The notes beneath the pieces were generated by a model, which saw only the letters and a list, made by a program, of their open reading frames with translations, was not told where the DNA came from and searched no databases. Positions 27,614 to 36,800 of a DNA stretch of 64,000 nucleotides are shown here, in pieces. A program made the position numbers and the translations under genes. This stretch comes from Vicinamibacterales bacterium. Lineage in GTDB: Bacteria > Acidobacteriota > Vicinamibacteria > Vicinamibacterales > UBA2999. The stretch covers positions 18,451-82,450 of the forward strand of contig DASPNQ010000007.1 in assembly GCA_035626435.1 (NCBI GenBank), written 5' to 3'. Position 1 is the stretch's first letter; each line of letters opens with the position of its first letter.

Positions 27614-28245
27614 GCCTGTTACAGCGCGCCATTCTCGGCCGCCGCGTCGGCCGCCTGGTGCTGGAGCAGCTGAACGACTTTGACCTCGTGATCCTGCCGG
27701 ACGTCTTCAATCCGGCCGTCTTCAGAACGACACCCCTGCTGCTCGAATCGGTCGTCGCGCACGTCGGCGGTGATCGTCGCGTGCTCGACGTTGGCACCGG
27801 CAGCGGCGCGCTGGCCATTCAAGCCGCGGCCTGCGGCGCCCGCGTGACGGCCGTCGATATCAATCCGGAGGCTATCCGTTGCGCGCGCATCAACGCCACG
27901 CTCAATCGCGTCGACGATCGCGTCGATCTCCGCGAAGGTGATCTGTTCGAGCCGCTAGGCGGCGAAATGTTCGATGTGGTGGTCTGTAACCCTCCGTTTT
28001 TTCAGGGCACGCCAGGCAGCGCTCTCGACGCCGCGTGGCGAAGCCGCGATTTTCTTGCGCGGTTCTGCGGCGGCCTCGAGTCCGTAGTGGCCCCGGGCGG
28101 TTGTGCACTCGTGGTGTTTTCGAATCATGCCGATGAGCGTGGCCTCCTCGCGAGGCTGGCCAGCTGGCGTGTGGCCGTCGATCGGTCGCGAGCGCTGCGC
28201 AACGAAACCATCACCGTTTACCGCATTCTGCGCCGGGAGCGGTGA
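27610..28245 (+). CDS. HemK/PrmC-like (NPPF-motif) SAM-dependent methyltransferase
   Basis: Motif I VLDVGTGSGALAIQAA and motif IV VVCNPPFF (the N-methyltransferase signature). ATGA overlap with the upstream gene. Confidence 0.75.
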   Translation: MSLLQRAILGRRVGRLVLEQLNDFDLVILPDVFNPAVFRTTPLLLESVVAHVGGDRRVLDVGTGSGALAIQAAACGARVTAVDINPEAIRCARINATLNRVDDRVDLREGDLFEPLGGEMFDVVVCNPPFFQGTPGSALDAAWRSRDFLARFCGGLESVVAPGGCALVVFSNHADERGLLARLASWRVAVDRSRALRNETITVYRILRRER

Positions 28246-29744
28246 TGTCTTCACCACCGCTCGTGTTGCTGATCAACCCCCGTATGTGCACGCCACGACG
28301 CGTGCGATTGCCGTTATCACTGCTGACGCTGGCGGCGAAGCTTCAAGGGCGGTATCGATACCAGGTTGTCGACGGCAATGTCGCCGACGTGAATGCTTCG
28401 ATCGGTGCGACACTGGGCGATTCGGCGCTGGCCATGGCGGCGGTCTCCGTGATGCCCGGGCCGCAGGTGCCGCCGGCGATAGAAGTCAGCCGCACCATCC
28501 GCGCGGTCCGCCCCGACGTTCCGGTGGTGTGGGGCGGCTATTTCCCAACGCTCTATCCAGACGCCGCGATCAACGCGCCCTACGTCGATGCGGTAGTTCG
28601 CGGACCCGGCGAAGACACTCTGCTCGAGTTGCTCGAGCATTGGCCGTCGGCTGCACACATCAACGGCGTCACGTGGCGCGACGGGAACCGCATCGTTCAC
28701 AACGCCGAACGCGCGCTTGCGTCGCCAACCGCTCTGCCGCCGCTGCCGTACGACGCGCTTCCCGACCTCGAGCCGTATTTGCGGCCAACCTTTCTTGGCC
28801 GCAGAACCGCCGTGCACCAGGCGGCAATTGGCTGCCGGTACCGTTGCCGCTTCTGCGGCGTCGTCTCGATGTTCAACGGCCAGACGCGTCTGCAACATGC
28901 CGACCGCGTGATCCGCGACCTGGCGCACCTGCAGCACCATTGCGGTGCTGACAGCGTGCAGTTTTACGATCACAACTTCTTCGATCGACAGCAGACGAGC
29001 GAGGAGACCCTGGAGGCACTTGCGCAGGTGCGCTTGCCGTGGTGGTGCTACGCGCGCGCGGATGCGCTGGCCGCGTTCACACCTCGCATGTGGTCACTCG
29101 CGCGGGAGAGCCGGATGCGGATGGCCTACATCGGCGCCGAAACCGGCAGCAACGAGGCACTACGGAGAATGCAGAAGGGCGGCCGTGTGGAAACGACGCT
29201 GGAAGTGGCGGCCAGGCTGCGCGAGAACGGCATCACACCGGAGTTCTCGTTCGTGCTGGGCGGCCCCGACGATCCTGAAGCCGATACCGAGGCGACCTTC
29301 GAGTTCATCCGTCGGCTCAAGCGCGCGCACCCCGCCTGCGAGGTGGTTCTCTATTTCTATAGTCCCACTCCGCAACGCGACCCGCGGTCGGCCGCGCGCG
29401 ACGGCGCCGCGAGTCTCCCGCGCCTGGAGCGGTATGGCCCTGCCGGTCCGGCGCTGCCGACAACGCCCGAGGAATGGAGCGAGCCGCGGTGGGTGCGATG
29501 GGTATGTCATCAAGATGCACCGTGGCTGACGCCGCGTCTTCGGCAGCGCGTGCGGGACTTTGCGCGTGTGCTCGAGTGCCGGTTTCCAACCGTTCAGGAT
29601 CACCACACGCCCGGCTGGCAAAAGAGCGTATTACGCGAGATGGCGCGATGGCGATGGGCGACCAGAACCTATGCGCGGCCGCTCGAGCTGGCGCTCGCTC
29701 GTAAGGGCATTGCGCTGCGCCAGCCGCAGGTTGAGAGTTTGTGA
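28242..29744 (+). CDS. B12-binding-domain radical SAM enzyme, type B paralogue 2
   Basis: Contains LVLLINPRM...LPLSLLTLAAKL, VVWGGYFPT, AAIGCRYRCRFCGVV and GAETGSNEALRRM. Colinear with the 24819 gene. The GTGATG start overlaps the upstream stop. Confidence 0.8.
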   Translation: MMSSPPLVLLINPRMCTPRRVRLPLSLLTLAAKLQGRYRYQVVDGNVADVNASIGATLGDSALAMAAVSVMPGPQVPPAIEVSRTIRAVRPDVPVVWGGYFPTLYPDAAINAPYVDAVVRGPGEDTLLELLEHWPSAAHINGVTWRDGNRIVHNAERALASPTALPPLPYDALPDLEPYLRPTFLGRRTAVHQAAIGCRYRCRFCGVVSMFNGQTRLQHADRVIRDLAHLQHHCGADSVQFYDHNFFDRQQTSEETLEALAQVRLPWWCYARADALAAFTPRMWSLARESRMRMAYIGAETGSNEALRRMQKGGRVETTLEVAARLRENGITPEFSFVLGGPDDPEADTEATFEFIRRLKRAHPACEVVLYFYSPTPQRDPRSAARDGAASLPRLERYGPAGPALPTTPEEWSEPRWVRWVCHQDAPWLTPRLRQRVRDFARVLECRFPTVQDHHTPGWQKSVLREMARWRWATRTYARPLELALARKGIALRQPQVESL

Positions 29745-30784
29745 GGGCCATGGGCGCCAGTCCAGGTGAAATCGTCCGACGTGCTCGCGGGCGTATCAGC
29801 GGACGGCTCGAGAGCCTGCCGATTCTTGCGCTCAGCGTCCACAGCGCCTGCAACTGCCGCTGCGTGATGTGCGATATCTGGAAAGCCAATGCCGACAAGC
29901 GCGAAATTTCCGCGGCGGACCTCGATCGGCACGTCGAGTCGATCCGCGCGTTGCGCGTCCAGCGCGTCATGCTCACCGGTGGCGAGCCGCTGTTGCATCG
30001 CAATTTATGGGCGCTCTGTGCGCGGCTCCGCGAGTTGCGGATTCGCATCACTCTGGTGACGACAGGGCTGTTGATCGCGCAGCACGCGGCCGATATCGCG
30101 GCGGCCGTCGACACGGTGGTGATTTCGCTCGACGGGGACCGCGACGTGCATGATGCGCTGCGCGCCGTCAAAGGCGGATTCGATCGAATCACCGCCGGCG
30201 TGACGGCGCTGCGCGCAACGCAGCCAACCCCGCGCCTGATCGCCCGCTCTGTCGTCCAATGCGGCAATTACCAGTCACTGGCCGACACCATCGCAGCGGC
30301 CCATCGCGTCGGCTTCGACGAGATCTCCTTCCTGGCCGCCGACGTCACGTCGCCGGCCTTCAATCGCCCGACGCCATGGCCGGCCGATCGTGTCGCACAG
30401 ATCGCGGTCCGCGATTACGCGGCCCTATCGTCCGCGATCGATCACGCGGTCACCACACTCCCGGATCTCTTCGATAACGGCTTCGTCGTGGGAGGGCGGC
30501 CGGCGCTCGATCGCGTTCGCAAGTATTACGAAGGGCTGGCAGGCGCCGGTGACTTCCCCGACGTGCAGTGCAACGCCCCGTGGGTGTCGGCCGTCCTCGA
30601 GCCTGACGGCGCTGTGAGGCCGTGTTTCTTCCAACCTGCCTACGGCTCCGCCGCTGAGGGGCTGATGAACGCCGTGAATTCGCCGTCGGCGATCGCGTTC
30701 CGGCGCGCCCTCGACGTCATGTCGAATGCGACATGCGAGCGCTGCGTATGCAGTCTGCACTTGCCGCTCACGAAATCGGTCTAG
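29741..30784 (+). CDS. Radical SAM enzyme with C-terminal SPASM/twitch-like Cys-rich domain
   Basis: Contains SVHSACNCRCVMCDIW (CX3CX2C) and LTGGEPLL. The C-terminus has C-X12-G-X4-C (QCNAPWVSAVLEPDGAVRPC) and then CERCVC. Start is GTG 29741 or ATG 29750; the former overlaps the upstream stop. Confidence 0.8.
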   Translation: MRAMGASPGEIVRRARGRISGRLESLPILALSVHSACNCRCVMCDIWKANADKREISAADLDRHVESIRALRVQRVMLTGGEPLLHRNLWALCARLRELRIRITLVTTGLLIAQHAADIAAAVDTVVISLDGDRDVHDALRAVKGGFDRITAGVTALRATQPTPRLIARSVVQCGNYQSLADTIAAAHRVGFDEISFLAADVTSPAFNRPTPWPADRVAQIAVRDYAALSSAIDHAVTTLPDLFDNGFVVGGRPALDRVRKYYEGLAGAGDFPDVQCNAPWVSAVLEPDGAVRPCFFQPAYGSAAEGLMNAVNSPSAIAFRRALDVMSNATCERCVCSLHLPLTKSV

Positions 30785-31887
30785 ACCAGACTCCGATACA
30801 AACGATCAAACTGCGCCGCCGACCACTCGACATCGTGCGCGAGCGAAAAGCTCCGCGCGAGCCCGGCAATCGACTGCCGCCGCCCGGTGTCGACGCATAA
30901 AAGAACGATCGCGGCCGCCAGCGACCCCGGAGTCGCGTCCCGAATCGCTAGCGCCTGCACCGGCGCCCAGTCGGCGACATAACCGGCCATCGTCCCGACT
31001 GCCGGCACACCGTGCGCCGCAGCCTCGAGCACCGCCACACCGGCAGCCTCGTGGAGTGACGATTGGACGTAGAGATCAGACGCCGACAGGATGTCGTGCA
31101 CGCGTGACTGCGGCAAGAAGCCGTGGAAGGTGACGTGCTCGGCAATGCCGACTCTCGCGGCGTGCCTCTGCAGGGCGCCGCCAAGCATGTCGTCACCAAT
31201 CAGATCGAGCCTGGCGTCGACCGATTCCCGGACGATCCGGAATGCGTCGAGCAGCAGGCGCTGATTCTTGACGCGGCTGAGAGTGGCGACCTGCACAAGT
31301 CGGTAGCCGTCCTGCAATCGGGGCGATCGCGCTTTGACTGCCGCCGGCGTCACGGATGTCAACGGTATGACGGTGGCCTGGATGTTACGCGCCCGCGCCA
31401 GATTGGACATGAACTGCGTACAAACGTGAACGCGCGTCGCGAGTGCGCACGCTTCATTCACCGCCTGCCGTCCCGTCGATGTTCGCTGTGAACCGTAGTC
31501 AATGGCGGGCAGCGAGACGAATTCGCCGCTGTCGCAGGTGACGACGCTTGGCACACCGAGCCGATGAGCCGCGCGAGCGGCAAGCTGTCCAGCGGGATCC
31601 GCGTGAAATCCGTGTATGAGATCGAATGGCCCCGTCGCCTCGAATGCGGCGGCCAGCGCTCTATCCTGCGCCCGCCGAGTCATCCCCGGCAGCCCGGACG
31701 GTCGACCAAGATCGTGAACGGTGAAACCGCGCAATTGGTAGGTCTGCGGCGTATGCAGATGCCGGAGCGCGAAGGCGTGAACGTCATGCGATCGCGACAG
31801 CGCTTCGAACAAGGCCAGCCACGATGGCACGACTTGAACCTCGCCGCTCGGGTGCAGCCCGCCGGGCACGACCATTGCGAGTTTCAT
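30781..31887 (-). CDS. Glycosyltransferase family 4
   Basis: Start taken at MKLAMVVPGGLHPSGE... Contains ...YVQSSLHEAAGVAVLEAAAHGVPAVGT. Its stop shares the tetranucleotide CTAG with the convergent radical-SAM gene stop. Confidence 0.8.
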   Translation of the reverse strand: MKLAMVVPGGLHPSGEVQVVPSWLALFEALSRSHDVHAFALRHLHTPQTYQLRGFTVHDLGRPSGLPGMTRRAQDRALAAAFEATGPFDLIHGFHADPAGQLAARAAHRLGVPSVVTCDSGEFVSLPAIDYGSQRTSTGRQAVNEACALATRVHVCTQFMSNLARARNIQATVIPLTSVTPAAVKARSPRLQDGYRLVQVATLSRVKNQRLLLDAFRIVRESVDARLDLIGDDMLGGALQRHAARVGIAEHVTFHGFLPQSRVHDILSASDLYVQSSLHEAAGVAVLEAAAHGVPAVGTMAGYVADWAPVQALAIRDATPGSLAAAIVLLCVDTGRRQSIAGLARSFSLAHDVEWSAAQFDRLYRSLV

Positions 31888-31993
31888 GGTTGTTGGCCGT
31901 AAATGATAGTGGTCCGGCGATGGTGGTTGGGGGTTTGTGGTCGGCCGCTGGCTGTCTGTTGGATGAGAATGCGACTCACGCAACCACGATCCA

Positions 31994-33130
31994 CTAACCG
32001 CCAACCAACGATTGGTATTCGGCGATGGTGCGCGCAGCGAGTGCGGGCCAGCTGAGGTCGCGATCGAATCGAGCCTTGGTCGCCGCGCGTTGCGTAGCAA
32101 GATTGCCGTGGCAGACGTCGACCAGTGCGCGCGCAAAGGCGTCCGCGTCGCCCGCCGGCCACCGCTGTCCGCAGTCGCCCGCGATGGCGCGAAACGGCGG
32201 AATCGCTGTCACCACCGGGACAACGCCGGACGCCATTGCCTCGATCAGCGCATAACCGCTGCCTTCGGAGTGACTGCCGCTGACGAAGACGTCCGCGGCT
32301 CCGTAGTAATTCGGCATCTCGTCCCGCGGCACTCGCCCGACGACCACGACGGCGCGTTGCAGCAACTCGGAGGCTGCAATCCGCTGTTCGACGACCGGCA
32401 GCAGCGTATCGTCGCCGAACACCATCACGACGCGCGCGTCGGGTAATTGCGGCAACGCGTGTTCGAGCCCCGCGAGCACCGTCAACGGATCTTTATTGGT
32501 AGTCAGGCGACCGACCCACAGGATGACTGGTTCGGCGTCGACCGATAGCGCACTGCGCGCGCGCGTACGATTCACTGTTCGCAATGTAGTGCTGGCCTCG
32601 ACGATTTCGAGAACCCGCTGGTCACCAAGGACGCCGGCTTCGCGCCACGGTTGCGCCTGCTCCGCGGCTGTGAACGACACGGCGCTGGCCGCCATCAGGC
32701 CGCCCTTCCAGCCGCGGCGCTGCCACATGCCCACCAGACCCGATCCGCGAACCGGAAACTCACCGCCGTGATGCTGCACGACGATCGGCGTGCGCGCGCC
32801 AATCGCTCTGCGGACCGCCGCGACGAGTTGCGGAAAGATCAGCCCATTGATGTGGACGACGTCAGCAGGATGACTGGCGATCGCGCCGACGAATGCCGGC
32901 GGCGCCGCCGTCGTCGAAAGCCACGGTGGCTCCCGGTCGGCCGTGAACTGATACGACACACCATCTCGCTCGATCCTCGCCGTAGTGTGGAACCGCTGAA
33001 CGACCGCCACCGACGCACCCGCGGCAGTAAGCGCGCTGCTCCATTCGGTCAACGTGTGGTAGGCGTCGAGTAGCGCCGCCGCCGTCTTGAGCGAACCGTC
33101 ATAGGCCGCGTTCGCGACTACAATGCGCAT
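31994..33130 (-). CDS. Glycosyltransferase family 4/1
   Basis: Contains ...VGRLTTNKDP... and FVSGSHSEGSGYALIEAMASGVVPVVT. The ATG directly follows the tetR stop (TGAATG). Confidence 0.8.
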   Translation of the reverse strand: MRIVVANAAYDGSLKTAAALLDAYHTLTEWSSALTAAGASVAVVQRFHTTARIERDGVSYQFTADREPPWLSTTAAPPAFVGAIASHPADVVHINGLIFPQLVAAVRRAIGARTPIVVQHHGGEFPVRGSGLVGMWQRRGWKGGLMAASAVSFTAAEQAQPWREAGVLGDQRVLEIVEASTTLRTVNRTRARSALSVDAEPVILWVGRLTTNKDPLTVLAGLEHALPQLPDARVVMVFGDDTLLPVVEQRIAASELLQRAVVVVGRVPRDEMPNYYGAADVFVSGSHSEGSGYALIEAMASGVVPVVTAIPPFRAIAGDCGQRWPAGDADAFARALVDVCHGNLATQRAATKARFDRDLSWPALAARTIAEYQSLVGG

Positions 33131-33805
33131 TCACTTGCGCGCGATGGCTCGCATGCCGCCGAGCGAAAACTCGACGATGTGATCGACCGCGGCTGCGAGA
33201 TCGCGCATCGCCGGTCCGAACGATTTTTCGATCGCTGCCGGCAGCGTCCGCACCGCCATCAGGCACTGCGTCTGGAGGCTCGCGACGCACCGAGTCACCC
33301 GGTGGTCGGATGGCGGCAGCTCCATCAACGCGCCGACGACGCCGCTCAGATATTCCAGACGCGGCTTGTAGACATGAATCATCACCAGCTCGAGTGCTTC
33401 CGTCGGACTTTCCATTTCGCGGGCCATCAACTTGTGGATCCAGACCGTGGGTCCGCTGCCCGTCAACCGCGCCACAAACACGCGTACGAAGCTGCGAATC
33501 TGCTCCTCGGGTGACAGACCTTCGCCGGCTCGCTGCGTCAATTCGTTCGTTTCCTGCATTGACTGGATCGCGAATGTGACGACGGCACGATACAGTCCGG
33601 CCTTGTCGCCGAAATGGTAGTTGACGGCCGCGACGTTCGCGTCAGAAGCCTTGCAGATCTCGCGCACCGTGACATTGTCGAACCCGCGTTCGGCGAACAG
33701 CACGGCTGCGGCATCGATGAGTCGCTGGCGGGTGTCGGAGGACGCCGGATTGGTCTTAGGTCGCCTGGCAGCGACCACTGTTGAGGTGTTGGACTCGAGG
33801 CTCAT
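33131..33805 (-). CDS. TetR/AcrR-family transcriptional regulator
   Basis: N-terminal HTH RQRLIDAAAVLFAERGFDNVTVREICKASDANVAAVNYHFGDKAGLY. First gene of a TetR-GT4-GT4 unit. Confidence 0.9.
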   Translation of the reverse strand: MSLESNTSTVVAARRPKTNPASSDTRQRLIDAAAVLFAERGFDNVTVREICKASDANVAAVNYHFGDKAGLYRAVVTFAIQSMQETNELTQRAGEGLSPEEQIRSFVRVFVARLTGSGPTVWIHKLMAREMESPTEALELVMIHVYKPRLEYLSGVVGALMELPPSDHRVTRCVASLQTQCLMAVRTLPAAIEKSFGPAMRDLAAAVDHIVEFSLGGMRAIARK

Positions 33806-33818
33806 ATCGGCACCGAAG

Positions 33819-33847
33819 AAACAAACGTATAAAACAAATGTTTAAAC
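33819..33847. promoter_or_regulatory. AT-rich island with direct repeat AAACAAA(C/T)G x2 and palindrome GTTTAAAC; candidate operator/promoter
   Basis: AAACAAACG lies at 33819-33827 and AAACAAATG at 33832-33840. AAACA-N2-TGTTT and GTTTAAAC lie at 33832-33847. The island sits in the 94-bp divergent tetR/addB spacer, within otherwise GC-rich DNA. Confidence 0.25.
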
Positions 33848-33899
33848 GGTGTCAATGACCTCGCGTGGCAGGGCGGAGAGGTAATCTGTCAATTCTCCA

Positions 33900-36800
33900 G
33901 TGCCGCCCATCACCTCGATCATCGAGCCGTCAGCCGATGCGCGCCTTGCCGCCGCTCGAACCCTGACGCTCGCGCTCGAGCCCCCGGCTTTGATCGTGGC
34001 GTCGACGCGCTCGGCCGCCGACGAATTTGCGTTGAGCCTGGCAGCAGTCCGTGGCGCGACGTTCGGGATCACGCGCGCCAGCCTCGCAGAGGTGGTCGTC
34101 GGGATTGCCATTCCCGCGCTCTCTCGCAACGGGTTGACGCCGAGCGCACCGTTGAGCGACGAGGCGGTTTCGGCCCGCGTCGCCGACCACCTGCTGACGA
34201 AGAACGGCCTCAAGTACTTCGCCCCGGTCGCCGGCCTTCCTGGATTTCCGCGAGCACTCAGCCGCACGCTCAGCGAGTTGCGGATGGCAGGAGTTGCCCC
34301 GTCACGATTGTCTGGACACGACGCGAACGACGACCTTTCGGCTTTGCTCGCACATGCGATCGACGAGCGGCACAAATCCGGCGCCGTGGACTACGCGACG
34401 ATGCTCGCGACCGCGACAGAGGAGCTGACCCAGCGGCCGGACGCTTTCGCAGATCGACACCTGGTCCTTCTCGACGTGCCTGTTACTTCGAAGGCTGAAG
34501 CCGCGTTCATCCAGGCGCTGATCGCCGGTGCCCGCAGCGCGATCGTCACCGCAGCCGAAGGCGACCGGCGCACGATCGCCGAGTTGAACCTCGCGCCGGA
34601 CACCGCAGCGGCCTCGCCAGGGCCGGCCGGCGACGGGTCGGCCTTGCGCCGGCTGCAAAAATTCCTTTTCACCGAGCATCCTCCACCCGCCGGCGCGATC
34701 GACTCGTCCGTCGAACTGTTTTCCGCTCCCGGAGAAGGCCGGGAAGCGATCGAGATCGTCCGGCGCGTGATGCGTGAAGCATCGCGTGGCGTGCCCTTCG
34801 ATCAGATGGCGGTGCTGCTGCGCGCGCCGCAGACGTATCTCGGTGTGCTGGAACATGCATTGGAGCGCGCCGGTGTGCCCGCATGGTTTCATCGCGGCAC
34901 GCGTCGTCCCGACGCCGCCGGCCGGGCGTTGCTCGCGTTGCTGGCGTGCGCAGACGACGACCTCTCTGCCCGTCGATTCGCGGAGTACATCTCGCTTGGC
35001 CAGGTGCCGCTGAGCGAAGCCGGCAACGCCGATTTATGGTCGCCGCCGGCAGACGAGGTGATCGAAGCAGTGTTGCCGTTGGCCGAGCGCGCCGCCGACG
35101 TCCAGCCGGAAGAAGAAGCGGCCGAGCAGGCCCGTCGTGGTGAATCCGATCGTGACCTCGCCGGCACGCTTCGGGCGCCGTGGCGATGGGAAGATCTGAT
35201 CGTCGAGGCGGCCGTGATCGGCCGCCTGGATCGATGGCAGCGCCGCCTCAAAGGTCTCGAGCACGAGTACGATCGCCGGTTGCGCGAGGCGGCGTCGGAG
35301 GATCCGGACGCCTCGAGGGTGCGCGCGCTGCGTCGCGATCGCGAACAGCTTCGCGCCTTGCGCGGGTTTGCCGAGCCGATCCTTTCCGAGATGGCCGAGT
35401 GGCCTCGCCACCAGTTGTGGGGTGACTGGTTGAAGGCGCTCGAACAACTCGCGCCGCGGGTGATCGCGAAGCCCGAGCGCGTTCTGCGAGTGTTGAGAGA
35501 GCTGACGCCGCTTGCGGCAATCGGCCCCGTCACGCTGCGCGAAGTTCGCGATGTGTTGACACCGCGACTGTCGACCCTGACGCATGAGCCGCCGCGCCGG
35601 CGGCAGGGACGGGTGTTCATCGGCACACCCGGCGCGGCGCGCGGCCGCTCGTTTCGAGTTGTGTTCGTGCCGGGACTCGCGGAGCGGATGTTCCCACAAC
35701 GGATTCGCGAGGACGCGCTCCTGCCGGATCGGCGCCGTGAGCCAATCGATCCGACGCTGGCGACACAACCGCGTCGCGCCGCTGACGAACGACTGCAATT
35801 GACGCTTGCGGTAGGCGCCGCGTCCGAGCGGCTCTACGTCTCGTTTCCGCGGGTCGAGCTGAACGAATCGCGCCAGCGCGTCCCGTCGTTTTACGTGCTC
35901 GACATTGCCCGCGCGATCGAGGGCCGCATCCCGCCCGCGTCGCTGCTGGCCGCCCGTGCGTCGGAGACTGGCGGCGCCACGCTGGCGTGGCCGGCACCAC
36001 GCGACGCCGACACCGCGATCGACGATTTCGAGCACGATTTGGCGACGATGGCGGCCCTGCTTCGCAACACCAGCGACAGTGTCAAGGGCCGCGCGCGTTA
36101 TTTGTACGAGCTGAGTCCCGAGTTGCAGCGGTCGCTGTCTTCGCGCTGGCTGCGCTGGCACCGCAAGCAATGGGACCCCGCTGACGGCATCATCCGCACG
36201 ACCGAGACGACGCGCGCCGCCCTCGCCGCTCAGCGCCTGGGCGCGCGTCCGTACTCCTTGACCGCGCTGCAGCGATACTCGGCGTGTCCATACCAATTTC
36301 TGATGGCCGCTGTCTATCGGCTGGCGCCGCTCGAAGCGCCGGCGCCTTTGCAAAAGATGGATCCGCTGACGCGCGGTGATTTGTTCCATCAGATGCAGGC
36401 GGGAGCGCTGCGACGCTTACAAAACGACGGGCTGTTGCCGCTCTCCGCAGAGCGCCTCGCGGATGCGCAACAGCGTCTCACGGACGCGATTCGCGACGTC
36501 CACGATCGCGAGTACGACCGCCTCAACCCGGCGATCGAACGCGTCTGGCAGGACGAAATCGCCGCGATGACACAGGACTTGCGCATGTGGCTCGAGAAGC
36601 TCGCCGAAGAAGGGGTCGAGTGGACGCCGGAGCGTTTCGAGTTTGCGTTCGGCCTCAGCGAGTTGGAAGGTCGAGACGAACACAGCACGCCGGAGCCGGC
36701 GCTGGTTGACGGCCGCTTCCGGCTGCGTGGCTCGATCGACATGATCGAGCGTCATCGCAAGACCGGTTTTCTGCGGGTCACCGATCACAAGACCGGCAAG

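Noticed and set aside
21349-30784. RiPP cluster with a hidden precursor peptide for the radical-SAM/SPASM genes
   Set aside because: All gene junctions overlap, so no intergenic space exists. The small ORFs in the track here are antisense or out-of-frame Arg/Ala-rich shadows. The GT, ligase and flippase context argues for a non-peptide product.
35034-36389. 451-aa minus-strand ORF inside addB
   Set aside because: It is an antisense shadow ORF, Arg-rich and without motifs. The plus-strand frame carries the AddB nuclease and Fe-S signatures.
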